Source: Macrostomum lignano
Taxonomy: Eukaryota
Direction of reading: 5' to 3'
Length of the DNA stretch: 64,000 bases
Assembly: GCA_002269645.1 (NCBI GenBank)
Contig: NIVC01000056.1
Location: forward strand, 868,001 to 932,000
Shown: in pieces, positions 10,338 to 23,142 of the stretch
Position numbering within the stretch: position 1 is the first letter of the stretch
How the letters are laid out: each line of letters opens with the position of its first letter
Position numbers and translations under genes: made by a program
Notes under the pieces: generated by a model
The model's input: only the letters and a program-made list of their open reading frames with translations
What the model was told of the DNA's origin: nothing
The model's database searches: none

Positions 10338-13300
10338 ATGTCAGCAGAGACGGAAGAATCAGAAATAATCTTGCAAACGGAAACTGAAACATCAGATATA
10401 AATCAAAATAGCATCGTTACGGCCGCACCAGCGCCATTAATTAATTCTTCATCATCGGCGCAAATTGTCCGACAGCCTCCTCCAAGACCGCCGCCTCCGC
10501 AGATTAGTTCAAATAGGGAATCGAAGCCGGACTTAATACAAGATTCGAACTCAGACATGACACAAGATTCGAACCCAGACATGATGCAAGATTCAAACCC
10601 AGACATGATGCAAGATTCGAACCCAGGCATGATGCAAGATTCGAACCCAGGCTTGATGCAAGATTCGAACCCAGGCATGATGCAAGATTCGAACCCAGGC
10701 ATGACACAAGATTCGAACCCAGGCATGATGCAAGATTCGAACCCAGGCATGACACAAAATTCAAACCCAGGCTTGATGCAAGATTCAAACCCGGGCACGA
10801 TGCAAGACCCAGGCTTGATGCAAGATTCGAACCCAGGCTTGATGCAAGATTCGAACCCAGACATGATGCAAGATTCGAACCCAGACATGATGCAAGATTC
10901 GAACCCAGGCATGATGCAAGACCCAGGCTTGATGCAAGATTCGAACCCAGGCATGACACAAAATTCGAACCTGGGTTTTACTCAGGATTCAAACCCTGAT
11001 CCAAATCGAGCTCCTAGCTCAAACCAATCGTCCGAGTCTTATAGAAAGCGTTCAGGTGCGCATCTTTGGGCAGCGGTTAGCTATAGTTTGTCTAGTTTCT
11101 CAGAGATTCGTCACAAAGCCGATCCTCTGTTTGGCGATTCATCGTCGCAGTCCAGAGGGGGTGCAGAGCCACAGCCGCTCACTGACATTGTCCCGGTGCG
11201 TCCGACGCTTGAGCAGCTTCGTGACTGCACTCAGCCGCCTGTGGTGCTAGTTCACGGTCTATTTGGCTTTGGGCCCGACGAGATGCTCACACCGAAAGGT
11301 CGAGTGCACTATTGGGAGACTGCGATTGATCGGGACACAAATTTTCACGGCCTGCTAGTATTGGAAGCATCGGTTGGTCCAATTAGTTCTTATCACGATC
11401 GAGCTTGTGAATTGTTCGCCCAGATTGTCGGCTGTCGGGTTGATTATGGAGAGCAGCACAGTTTGACTCACCGGCACGATAGGTGAGCGGGTGGCTTATG
11501 GTGCTTGTTGACTGAGAACTCAGTCTAAGTAAGCAACTTTGCACTGACTGGCTGAATGTAGGACTGCACGCGGCACTTTATAGAGCTAACGGGGACAGAA
11601 TTAAAGTTACAAAAGAAAAGAAACTAAAGTTACAGATACAGACACTGTCCGAAATGGCGTGGGTTTGAATTCCACCGCTGCCACCAATGTAATAGCCGAG
11701 AATATAGGACAAAATAAACGAAGCATATTTGGCATTAATGATCAATGGCATTCAATTTATAAAATGCCGACTATAGAATTACGAATTAGAATACAAATGA
11801 CTCGCCCCTGAGGGGCAGAGGTTAAAACGTACACAGCCACACATACAAAAAGCACGTGACCAACTAAAGGAATAACAAACAAGTGCAAAGGCCCATCCTC
11901 ACACGCAAACATCACACCACATACAGACAGGCAGACAGATAGAAGACAGACGGACATCCAGGACACTCCGCGATCGACGGGAAAAATGCTGTAGATTTTG
12001 CATACAGTTGTTCACCCCTTAGGAAAAGCAAAGCATACGCAGTATCAAATAGACAGATAAAAGAAACCTCTTGTCTTTCGCACAACTGGTACAGATACGG
12101 TCGCGACTTCTCCGACAAGCCGCTATATCCCTGGTGGAGCGAGGACCGACCGTTGCACTTTGTGGGTCACTCGGCTGGCGGTAATACAATTCGCCAACTG
12201 CAGCACCTGCTCCAATTGGACTTCTGGGATCGGGGTACGAATGCATCGTGGGTGAAATCAGTCACCTGCATTATGGCGCCAATGAACGGTTCAACGGCGT
12301 CTTATTTAGCCGGTTGCAATGTTGAAACCGGCCTATTTGGACTGTCCAATATTGTACCTTTAATTAGCATGGTTGATACTCTTGGCGCGGCGTTTGGATT
12401 TCCCGTTAATGAGAGACGGCGCATGTTGTTATGGAAATTGGAGCACTTTAATATTAGCCAAGTGAGTCTGCTATTTTAATGCTCTAGACATGAGCTATCA
12501 TTCTTCCCTTACCTGTCTTAATCCGGTATTGTTGTGTCCTTGTTTAACTCGGTTATTTGGTCACTCACTTCTGTCACTGTGTCTTATGTTCTTCTTTGTC
12601 TTATTGTATCACTCCTGGAGTCTTGCTTCCACTTAGTGTAGAATCTGTTTACAATTACCGTTAGTCGAAGCCAGTTCTCTTGAACCGACACACTATCCAC
12701 AGGACGATTTTTCCGATTTCAATCGGTTACGACAGCGCATGTCGGAAAGCGGTTTCCTACTAGGAGAAGACAATCTAGCCTACGATTTAACGTTGCAATC
12801 GTGCGAAAAGTTCAACGCTCTGGTGCCTGATTTTCCGAATACTTATTATCTGAGCTATACTGCGTCTTGCTCTACGTATACACAGGTGACTACTTATAGG
12901 GATATTTGTTGTTGGTTCGTGTGCAGCCTTCTTACTTAACATGAGACCCCGACAAGCCCTTCTCATCCGTCATTTACCCCCAGACCCCTGTAATTTACCC
13001 TCCTAACCCCATGTCATTTATCCGCATCCCCTGTCGTTTACCCTCCTCACACTATTATTCAGTCCAAATGTCATTGTCGTGACTGTACAACCAGCCCACT
13101 ATTCCACGCCCCAATCGCAGGTGAAGACCTTCATGGCCGGGCCTTACCTGTATATGCGGAATCGCAAATTTTCCGCCATGCCCCCCGGCTGGTCCTGGTC
13201 ACGTGACTGGCAAATTAGCGACGGTTTAGTGCCGCTAGCGAGTCAAATGTCGCCTTCTGGCCCTCTGCCTAGGACAATGGTTTGTCTGTCCGTGCCGGAA

Positions 13301-14245
13301 GAATCCGCCGCGAACGCTGCTGACAAGTCCGGTACGTTTTAGTTTTCACGTTATTTGTCTAGATTCTAGGTTGGAAGGAGTTTGAGGATCTTATCTTTTG
13401 CCAGAAAACTAATATTACTAAGTTTACCCATCGATTTTTGAGGCTGTCTACGTTTGAGTCTCAATCAATTTTTAGACTGTTTTGCTGATTGTGGTTCTTT
13501 ACCTTTCATTTGGCAAGGCTCCCCCAGAATCAGTTGTTCTTATTACTACTAAGTTTACTGAACCTATATTTTGAGGCTCTCTACGGGGTAAATTTGCTAG
13601 GTTACTTGAATTTATAGTGCTTTGTTTCACAGCTTTTAAATTTACAAGACTGCCTGGAATATTAAAAGTTTGATTAATTCTACGTTTTAACTTAACTTAA
13701 GGCTCTCTACGTTTAAATTGCTCAGCTGATTTGAGGCTCTCTACGTAGGCTTGATAAAAAAGTTTTCTCGATTTTTGTTCAAGAGGCATCTGTTTAGTTT
13801 AAATAGCACGATTTATACTATGCTTAGCTCCGCTAATTTAAGGCTCTCTACGTTAGCTGGCTATCTAATTGAATTTATAATATTTAGGTCAATATAACTT
13901 AGAAGAAAACTTTTTACTATTTTAGCTAAATCTTCCACCAACAATGGCGAGCACGATTCGGAAAAAATTCAACGAGGCATTTGGTATACCGAGTCAATGG
14001 CTTCAGTAGCACAATCTGTCACCAAGCACTGGGATCATTGCGACGTCATCTGTGCTCGCGGCCTTCTTTGGGAAGGCATCGTTGATCGTATTCCGGTTAT
14101 TAGTAATGGTGCGCAGGCGCTGATGGGCTTGGGCAAACGACTTGGAAGATTACCCAAGGAGCGCAGCAGCCTTGCCAGGGTGTCTAAAGCCGAACAGAGG
14201 CGATTCTATGAGGCTCTCTACGCTAGACTTAGCCAACTAGAATGA
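10338..14245 (+). CDS. Alpha/beta-hydrolase lipase (family I.5/I.6-like) with N-terminal octapeptide repeats, five exons
   Basis: Exons 10338-11482, 12095-12461, 12703-12885, 13121-13331 and 13926-14245 are all phase-compatible GT-AG. Motifs include PVVLVHGLFGFG, SVGPISSYHDRACELF, VDYGEQHS..H.R, HFVGHSAGG (catalytic Ser), DGLVP.ASQ (Asp), GIWY...WDHCDVI (His) and FYEALY. Confidence 0.9.
11657..11920 (-). mobile_element. LTR fragment with tRNA-Leu-type primer-binding site, in lipase intron 1
   Basis: The minus strand reads ...TTACA-T-TGGTGGCAGCGGTGGAATTCAAACCCACGCC, i.e. a CA end, 1 nt, then a PBS. The putative TG start near 11920 is less certain. Confidence 0.55.
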
Positions 14246-15039
14246 TTGATTGTTTTATTAGACTACGGTGTGTTGGGGCTGTCGGTTATTTCTCTTGGGA
14301 TACAGAAGGCTCTCTACGTAAAGTCAAGCTAATTAGAATATCTTTTGATGAGTAATGACGCAATGAGACTCTCTACGCAACGCTTAGTTTACAAAAAGAA
14401 ATTTTATGATTTTAGACTAGAGATCAAAGTTTCCGATACAGATACACTTACATAAGGCCCCCTACGCTAAGCTTGGCCAATTAGAGTAACTTGTCAAAGT
14501 TCTGAAGAGCTCCTATCGTTTCATCTGCAAAACATGCGCATCAGTCGCTCATTTTGTTGTTTTCCAAAGTTTTTTTTTAAGTTAAGTCTTCTAAAGTTAC
14601 AGAAAACACATTTGAACAGTATTTATTCAGCGTAGCATGCCATCACAATATTATTTTGTTTATGTAAAAAAGGCAATTTTAACAGAACTATGTTTTTTGG
14701 CTCATGAGAAACTCTTTCAGAAAATTCATATATTATATTCACGGAACTTGATCATATTTTGCTCTTTATATTTTCTGCTACGAAAATTTGAGCAAAAAAA
14801 TTTTTTTTTAGTAGTAATTGGTGCTGTGATTTTTTATATAACTGTGACAGTCTCCACATTATTCATTTATACAGTATTCCCTTTGATCTGTGTTGGTTTT
14901 GCCTTCTTTTTAAATATTTAAGTCAATTACAGATAAATTGTTTTTCAACAAAACTATCGCATAAACAAAATTAAAAAATAATATTATTGAATTCTGTTTT
15001 TCTAAAATTGCATTTTTCATTTGTTAATATCTGCGAATA

Positions 15040-15825
<786 letters not shown>

Positions 15826-16059
15826 TATTATTGACAAGCTGTTGAAACCCGCGGATTTTGAACCCGGGGAATTCCAATACCCGGAACTACTTTTGCATGT
15901 ATTCTAAAATCTAAGGCCATACACAAACAAAAACTTGTTAATAGTTAGTAGGATAGAGGTAGACATAAAATGGAGCACATTCGTTTAAAATTAGGGTTTG
16001 AGACATTGTTGGCTGGGGTACTGCGCAGAATGTCAGGCAATGTCTGTCTGACTCTAAAA

Positions 16060-17330
<1,271 letters not shown>

Positions 17331-17951
17331 GCCCCTCAGCTATGAGCTGGATTCTTTATCTGGCCTTTGAGGTAAAAGTCTGCCCATCCCTGCTTGGAAA
17401 GCCAGTTTGTGGGACGTAATACTCTCATGGTTGTTCTCATGCTTTGATCACGTCATCTTTCTTGCCAATTTGCAGCCCTGAAAGGAATTTGTGTATCTTC
17501 AGCTCCACTGCAGTCTGCATCAGTCTAACAACCAAGGAAATACGCATTTCTTAGGAGGCCATTTAATATTTACACAGTACCTTTAAAAGAAACCTAAAAT
17601 TTCTATGGTGTGCCCAATTTAGTAGGGTTGTATTGCATTGCATCGCATCGCCTTTTCATAAATCTTTCGCTTTTACAAACCATGCTGGATAGTGGATTCC
17701 CTCGATTTGCCAATTGCCAATTGCCATCCACTGTTAACTGCTGCAGACTTGTGTCTATACAGAGGACAGTGGTTTGAATCTCTCGCTAAACTGTCTCTCC
17801 TCTCTATGCCTCTCCACTCGCGGGGTGCAGAGAAGGCTATAAATAAAGTTATTCCAAAACACTGTACATTTGCTATGTACATTCAGTCCTATCGCCTGAC
17901 CCTTCGTCTGGCTCTGGGGGGAATGAGTGGAGTGAGTGAGTGGCAGAAACA

Positions 17952-18573
17952 ATAGAAAAAGCAGACAAACTTCACATGCTTACAGTTTCTTTTTCGGTTG
18001 AGTTACAGAGTTGAAACTTTACATTTAGATAGAGAATGAGTCAATGAAGAATTGTGTCAAGTTTGAAGTCAATCGCTTTATTTGGAGCAAACTTATGGCA
18101 GCTGAAAGTTAGTCAATTTTGAAACCCTTTTACACATCTGGGCCCAGATCGGGATCGAGAAAGAGAGGCAGGCGGGCGGAGGTTGGGGTGGTTGCTACGC
18201 TGAAAAAAGCAGCCTAACTTTAAAAGTGCACAGCGCCGTTCAGGATTAACTTTGAAACTCGAAATTTTACATGATTGTTCCAAAATAGTTGAAGATTATC
18301 TGTGTCAAATTTGAAGAGAATCGGTAAAAGTGGAACGGCGCTATGGAGGATTTAGTGAAAAAATCGCGCATTTTGAGCAGTTTTTTGTACTTTTAGGTAG
18401 GAAGACTCAAATTTAGGAAATTTAATTAAAGGTAGCCTAAGACATTCTCCGTAGTGAGTTTAGGGTGGGTGTAAAATTTGGTGTCATTTGGTTAAGCGGT
18501 TTGGGAGTCCATAGCGATCAAAATTTTCCACACACAGACAGACACACAGAGTTTTGATTTTTATAGGTAGAGA
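17952..18573 (-). mobile_element. Probable non-autonomous Helitron-like element
   Basis: The minus strand begins A|TCTCTACCTATAAAA, then a TGTC-type microsatellite, and ends ...GTTTGTCTGCTTTTTCTAT|T. The 3' end deviates from CTRR and the hairpin is weak. Confidence 0.45.
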
Positions 18574-18710
18574 TTAAAACACACCGGTGAACAAACAATA
18601 TTTTGTTTCATTATTTCAGCTTTCAGGCATTAAAGAGACCAGTCGCAACAAAAGTAGAACATAAATTCAAGTTTGCTTGTCGTAATAAAAAAGATCCAAG
18701 CAACGTTGCC

Positions 18711-20327
18711 ATGGTGATGATGAAAAAGAAGCAGCAGCAGGGCAAAGCCGGCGGCAAGAAGTCGCCGAACCCAAAGGCCCAGCCAACTCCGTCGCCTAAG
18801 AAGGCTGCGGCACCTCTGGCCGCTGCAGATTCCGACGAGAGCGACTCGGACTCGGATAATGCGACAGTCATGCAGCCTAAGGTTGTGCAGTCGCCAGGCA
18901 AGCCGAAGCAGTCTCCAGTTGCTAAGCAACCAGCGCAGCAGCTTATGGACGTCGGCGATAGCGATAGCGACGACTCTGATGATGCACCTGCGCCCGCTCC
19001 AAAGAAGTCACCCATTGTTGCTAAGCAACAGACGCCGGCTGGTAAGAAACAGACACCGGTTGCTAAGCAACAGACTCCGGTTGTTAAGCAACAGACTCCG
19101 GTTGCTAAGCAACAGACGCCGGCTGGTAAGAAGCAGACACCGGTTGCTAAGAAACAGACTCCGGTTGCTAAGCAACAGACTCCGGTTGCTAAGAAACAGA
19201 CTCCGGTTGCTAAGCAACAGACTCCGGTTGCTAAGCAACAGACTCCTGCAATTAAAAAGCAGATCATACCGAATGAAGACGATGACGACTCAGACGACGA
19301 TGAAGAAGATGACGATGAGGATGAGGATGAGGATGATGATTCGGAAGAGGAGCCGGTTGCTAAGCAACAGAAAGTCATTAAGGTGCCGGTTGGCAAGCAG
19401 AAAGATTCGGCCGAATCTGATGAAGATGATGACGAATCTGACGAAGAAGACGAGGAAGAAGAAGATTCGGAAGAAGAAGAAGAGCAGCAGATGCCAGCAG
19501 CTAAGAAGCAGAAATTGCCAGCTAATAATGATGAAGACGACTCTGATGAGGACGATGAAGACGATTCTGAAGAATCTGATGAAGAAGAAGAAGCAGCTGA
19601 GAACGACTCAAAGCCGACCAAAACTGTAACCAACGGCGCCGAAGTGCCAGTTGCCAAGGCAACGCAGTATCTGTTGCTAGGCAATTTAGAGGCTCACACA
19701 AGCGTGTCGGATTTAAAGAACTACCTGAGCAGGCGAGGCGTACCATACGTTAGCGCTGCCGTTCTCGACTCTCCCGTAGCCATCCTGGGCTTGTCAACCG
19801 CCCAGGACGCCGCGTCGGCTCTGGCCAAATGCCAAGGCGCCGCCTATAAAAGTCGCCAATTGGCCGCCTGCCAACTGGCTGGGAAGCCTGACCTACTGCT
19901 GCAACAGACTGGCAGCAGCCCGTTGCCAGGCAACACGGACAATGCCGCTCTGTTCGTGTCGAATCTGCCAGCTGAAATGAACGACTCGTCGCTGACCAGT
20001 CTGGTGAAATCTAAACTTGGCGGCCGAGCTGACGAGCTTCTGTCTGCTCAACTGCTGGTTAAGAAAGGCTCGGGCAATGCGCACAGAGGTCAAGCCATTG
20101 TCCGGCTGGCTGGGACCGCCGCAGCTCAGATTCTGCTGGAGAGTCTGTCCGGTCACCTGCTGGCTGGCAAGCCTGTCAAGGCCAGCTATTATGTTGGCAA
20201 GGCTGAGCAGGCCAAGGCCGCTGCTAGTAACAAGGAGGGCAAGCCGGACACTGCTAAGGTGCGCTGGGGTGTCGCTTATCTGTTCTGTGTGTGTCCGTCT
20301 GTCTGTCTTAGTGTCTGTCTGTTTTAA

Positions 20328-20379
<52 letters not shown>

Positions 20380-22546
20380 GGTCTGTCTGTCTGTCCTGCC
20401 TGTCTGTCTGTTTTAGTGTGTCTGTCTGTTTTAGTGTCTGTCTTTCTGTCCTGCTTGCCTGTCTGCCTTTCTGTCTGTCTGTCTAATTATTGGCATGGCG
20501 ACTTACTGCGACCTCCGCCTCTGCTTGTTGCTTATCGACTGTCGCTTTTGATTTTCTCGGCATTTCTTGTTCTGTAACCGGCAAACATCCCCGACCCTCC
20601 TCTGTCCTATAAAAAAACTCAGAAGTCCTCGTCGCCAGCAAGCAAAGCCTCCGACCAGTCGGAGTTGCGCGGCCAGACTCGCACCCTAATGCTCACCAAC
20701 CTGCCAGCCGAGGCCTGCGGTCGCGACTCGTCGGACAGTATTCGAACTGCTTTCCCCGGCGGAGTTCGCTACTCGGCCAAGGCTCGGCCCGGTCAAGAAT
20801 TCGGCGCCTGTTTTGTTGAATTCGAATCTGAGCAAGCCTGCTCGGACGCATTCGATCGATTCGGCTCGGCCAGTAAGATGGACGGCCGCGAGATTGGGAT
20901 TCGGTTTGCACCGCAGAGACAGTTGCCAGGCAACTCGAACAAGCCTCAGACTAAAACTATTGGCGTGTTTAATCTGCCGTTTAGCGCTACAACAGACTCG
21001 CTGCGAGAGCACTTTCCCGAGGCTAGCGACATGTTCATACCCAAGGATCAGGATCGACGCAGCAAGGGATTCGCTATTGTCACCTTTGAGACCGTAAGCT
21101 ACCAGTTTTGAGTCTGTCTCACCTGTCTGGGAGAGTCTGTCTCTCACCTGTCTTGGAGAGTCTGTCTCTCACCTGTCTGAGAGAGTCTGTCTCTCACCTG
21201 TATGGGAGAGTCTGTCTCACGTACCTGTCTGGGAGAGTGTCTCTCACCTGTCTGGGAGAGTCTGTCTCTCACCTGTCTGGGAGAGTCTGTCTCGTACCTG
21301 TCTGGGAGTCTGTCTCTCACCTGTCTGGGAGTCTGTCTCTCACCTGTCTGGGAGAGTCTGTCTCACGTACCTGTCTGAGAGAGTCTGTCTCGTACCTGTC
21401 TGAGAGAGTCTGTCTCTCACCTGTCTGAGAGAGTCTGTCTCTCACCTGTCTGAGAGAGTCTGTCTCTCACCTGTCTGGGAGTCTGTCTCTCACCTGTCTT
21501 GGAGAGTCTGTCTCTCACCTGTCTGAGAGAGTGTCTCTCACCTGTCTGAGAGAGTGTCTCTCACCTGTCTGAGAGAGTCTGTCTCTCACCTGTCTGAGAG
21601 AGTCTGTCTCTCACCTGTCTGAGAGAGTCTGTCTCTCACCTGTCTGAGAGAGTCTGTCTCTCACCTGTCTGAGAGAGTCTGTCTCTCACCTGTCTGAGAG
21701 AGTCTGTCTCTCACCTGTCTGAGAGAGTCTGTCTCTCACCTGTCTGAGAGAGTCTGTCTCTCACCTGTCTGAGAGAGTCTGTCTCTCACCTGTCTGGGAG
21801 AGTCTGTCTCTCGTACCTGTCTGGGAGAGTCTGTCTCACGTACCTGTCTGGGAGAGTCTGTCTTTCACCTGTCTGGGAGAGTCTGTCTCTCACCTGTCTT
21901 GGAGAGTCTGTCTCTCACCTGTCTGAGAGAGTCTGTCTCTCACCTGTCTTGGAGAGTCTGTCTCTCACCTGTCTGAGAGAGTCTGTCTCTCACCTGTCTT
22001 GGAGGTCTGTTTACTTGTTTACTCCAGTCGAAACTTCTCAATATTAACATTGACCTAGAACTAAAAAAACAGTCTCACTGTCTAGTTCTGCATTTAACCC
22101 TATCAGGACGAAGCAGCCACTAAAGCGATGTCGGACAACGCTTCGCTGTCTCTAGACGGGCGTCAGATCCGGCTGGAATATCGCGATGACCGACCGCCCA
22201 AAGAGGGCGGCGGCCGCGGCGGTGGATTTGGAGGTCGCGGAGGAGGTCGCGGCGGCTTCGGTGGCTTCGGTGACCGGGGAGGCGGTCGAGGAGGTCGCGG
22301 AGGTCGCGGTGGAGGCTTCGGCGACCGCGGAGGTCGCGGCGGCTTCGGTGGCTTCAGTGACCGAGGAGGCGGTCGAGGAGGTCGCGGTGGAGGCTTCGGC
22401 GACCGCGGAGGTCGCGGCGGCTTCGGGGAGGCGGCAAACGTTTCGGCGGCGGCGAGGACGGAGCGCCGTTCAACAAGAAGCCGCGAATGTCGACGGACAC
22501 CGGCGACGGCAATAAAAGCAAGAAGTTCGATTCCGATTCTGATTAA
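18711..22546 (+). CDS. NCL: Nucleolin-like protein (acidic/basic N-terminus, four RRMs, RGG tail), three exons, apparent 1-bp frameshift near the end
   Basis: Exons 18711-20258, 20623-21093 and 22107-22546 are phase-0 GT-AG. Features are TPxxK heptad repeats, D/E tracts, RRM starts (YLLLGNL, LFVSNLP, LMLTNLP, IGVFNLPF) and RGG/FGDRGG repeats. A nucleolin-like end (KSKKFDSDSD*) lies in a shifted frame. Confidence 0.88.
21110..22010. repeat. 25 bp minisatellite (CTCACCTGTCTGAGAGAGTCTGTCT) in nucleolin intron 2
   Basis: Direct observation. Intron 1 also has (CTGT)n at about 20300-20480. Confidence 0.95.
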
Positions 22547-23142
22547 ATGATCGTTCAAAAGTGATGCGGTCGTCACTATTTACTAATATAAAATCGCGTT
22601 AAAAAGTCTTGTTTTAAACAAAAATAATCGTGTTTTTTTTATATTGCATTTGACAATTCAAAAATGAACTAAAAGAAAAATAAGGACAACTGTTTGTCTC
22701 TCTCCATCTCTTTGTGGCCGGTTGTTAGGGTGTGATTTCTGCGCATTTTAAGCTGAGTAACCTTGTGCATTGTGAATTGTATTGTTTCGCGTTCGAATAA
22801 TCTTGTAGATCATCTGTCTGTCGATCACCGTTGCACTTTAATAAAACAGCAAGCAAACAACAAGACCAATTAATAGGTCTGAAGCTGATTTTGGATAAAA
22901 TTGTGTTTTTTCTTGGATTTTCTTTCTTGGAAAAGCTTGATTCCATTGGAGCACTGAGCATACGAGCTACTGACAGCAAATAGACAGAAGTTCCTTTCAA
23001 AGAGACACAGGCTCTGCCTTATCCAGAATCTGCTGCGTCTTATTCATCACCATTGATTTATATATTTCAGCAGGCTTCCTAGCCTCACCACAGGCCTTAG
23101 CAACTCCAATTAAAGCAAAAGTCTTCTTCAAGTGCCAACAAG

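Noticed and set aside
11657-11687. tRNA-Leu gene
   Set aside because: Only the 3' third is present, it has an encoded CCA, and there is no D-arm or A-box upstream; it is better read as a PBS.
13440-14490. CRISPR-like repeat-spacer appearance
   Set aside because: The context is eukaryotic, spacing is irregular, the core is only 12 bp, one copy is coding, and no cas genes are present.
18623-19746. Long antisense and alternate-frame ORFs over nucleolin (likewise over lipase, Gypsy and cGLR)
   Set aside because: They are shadow ORFs of repetitive or GC-rich coding sequence.
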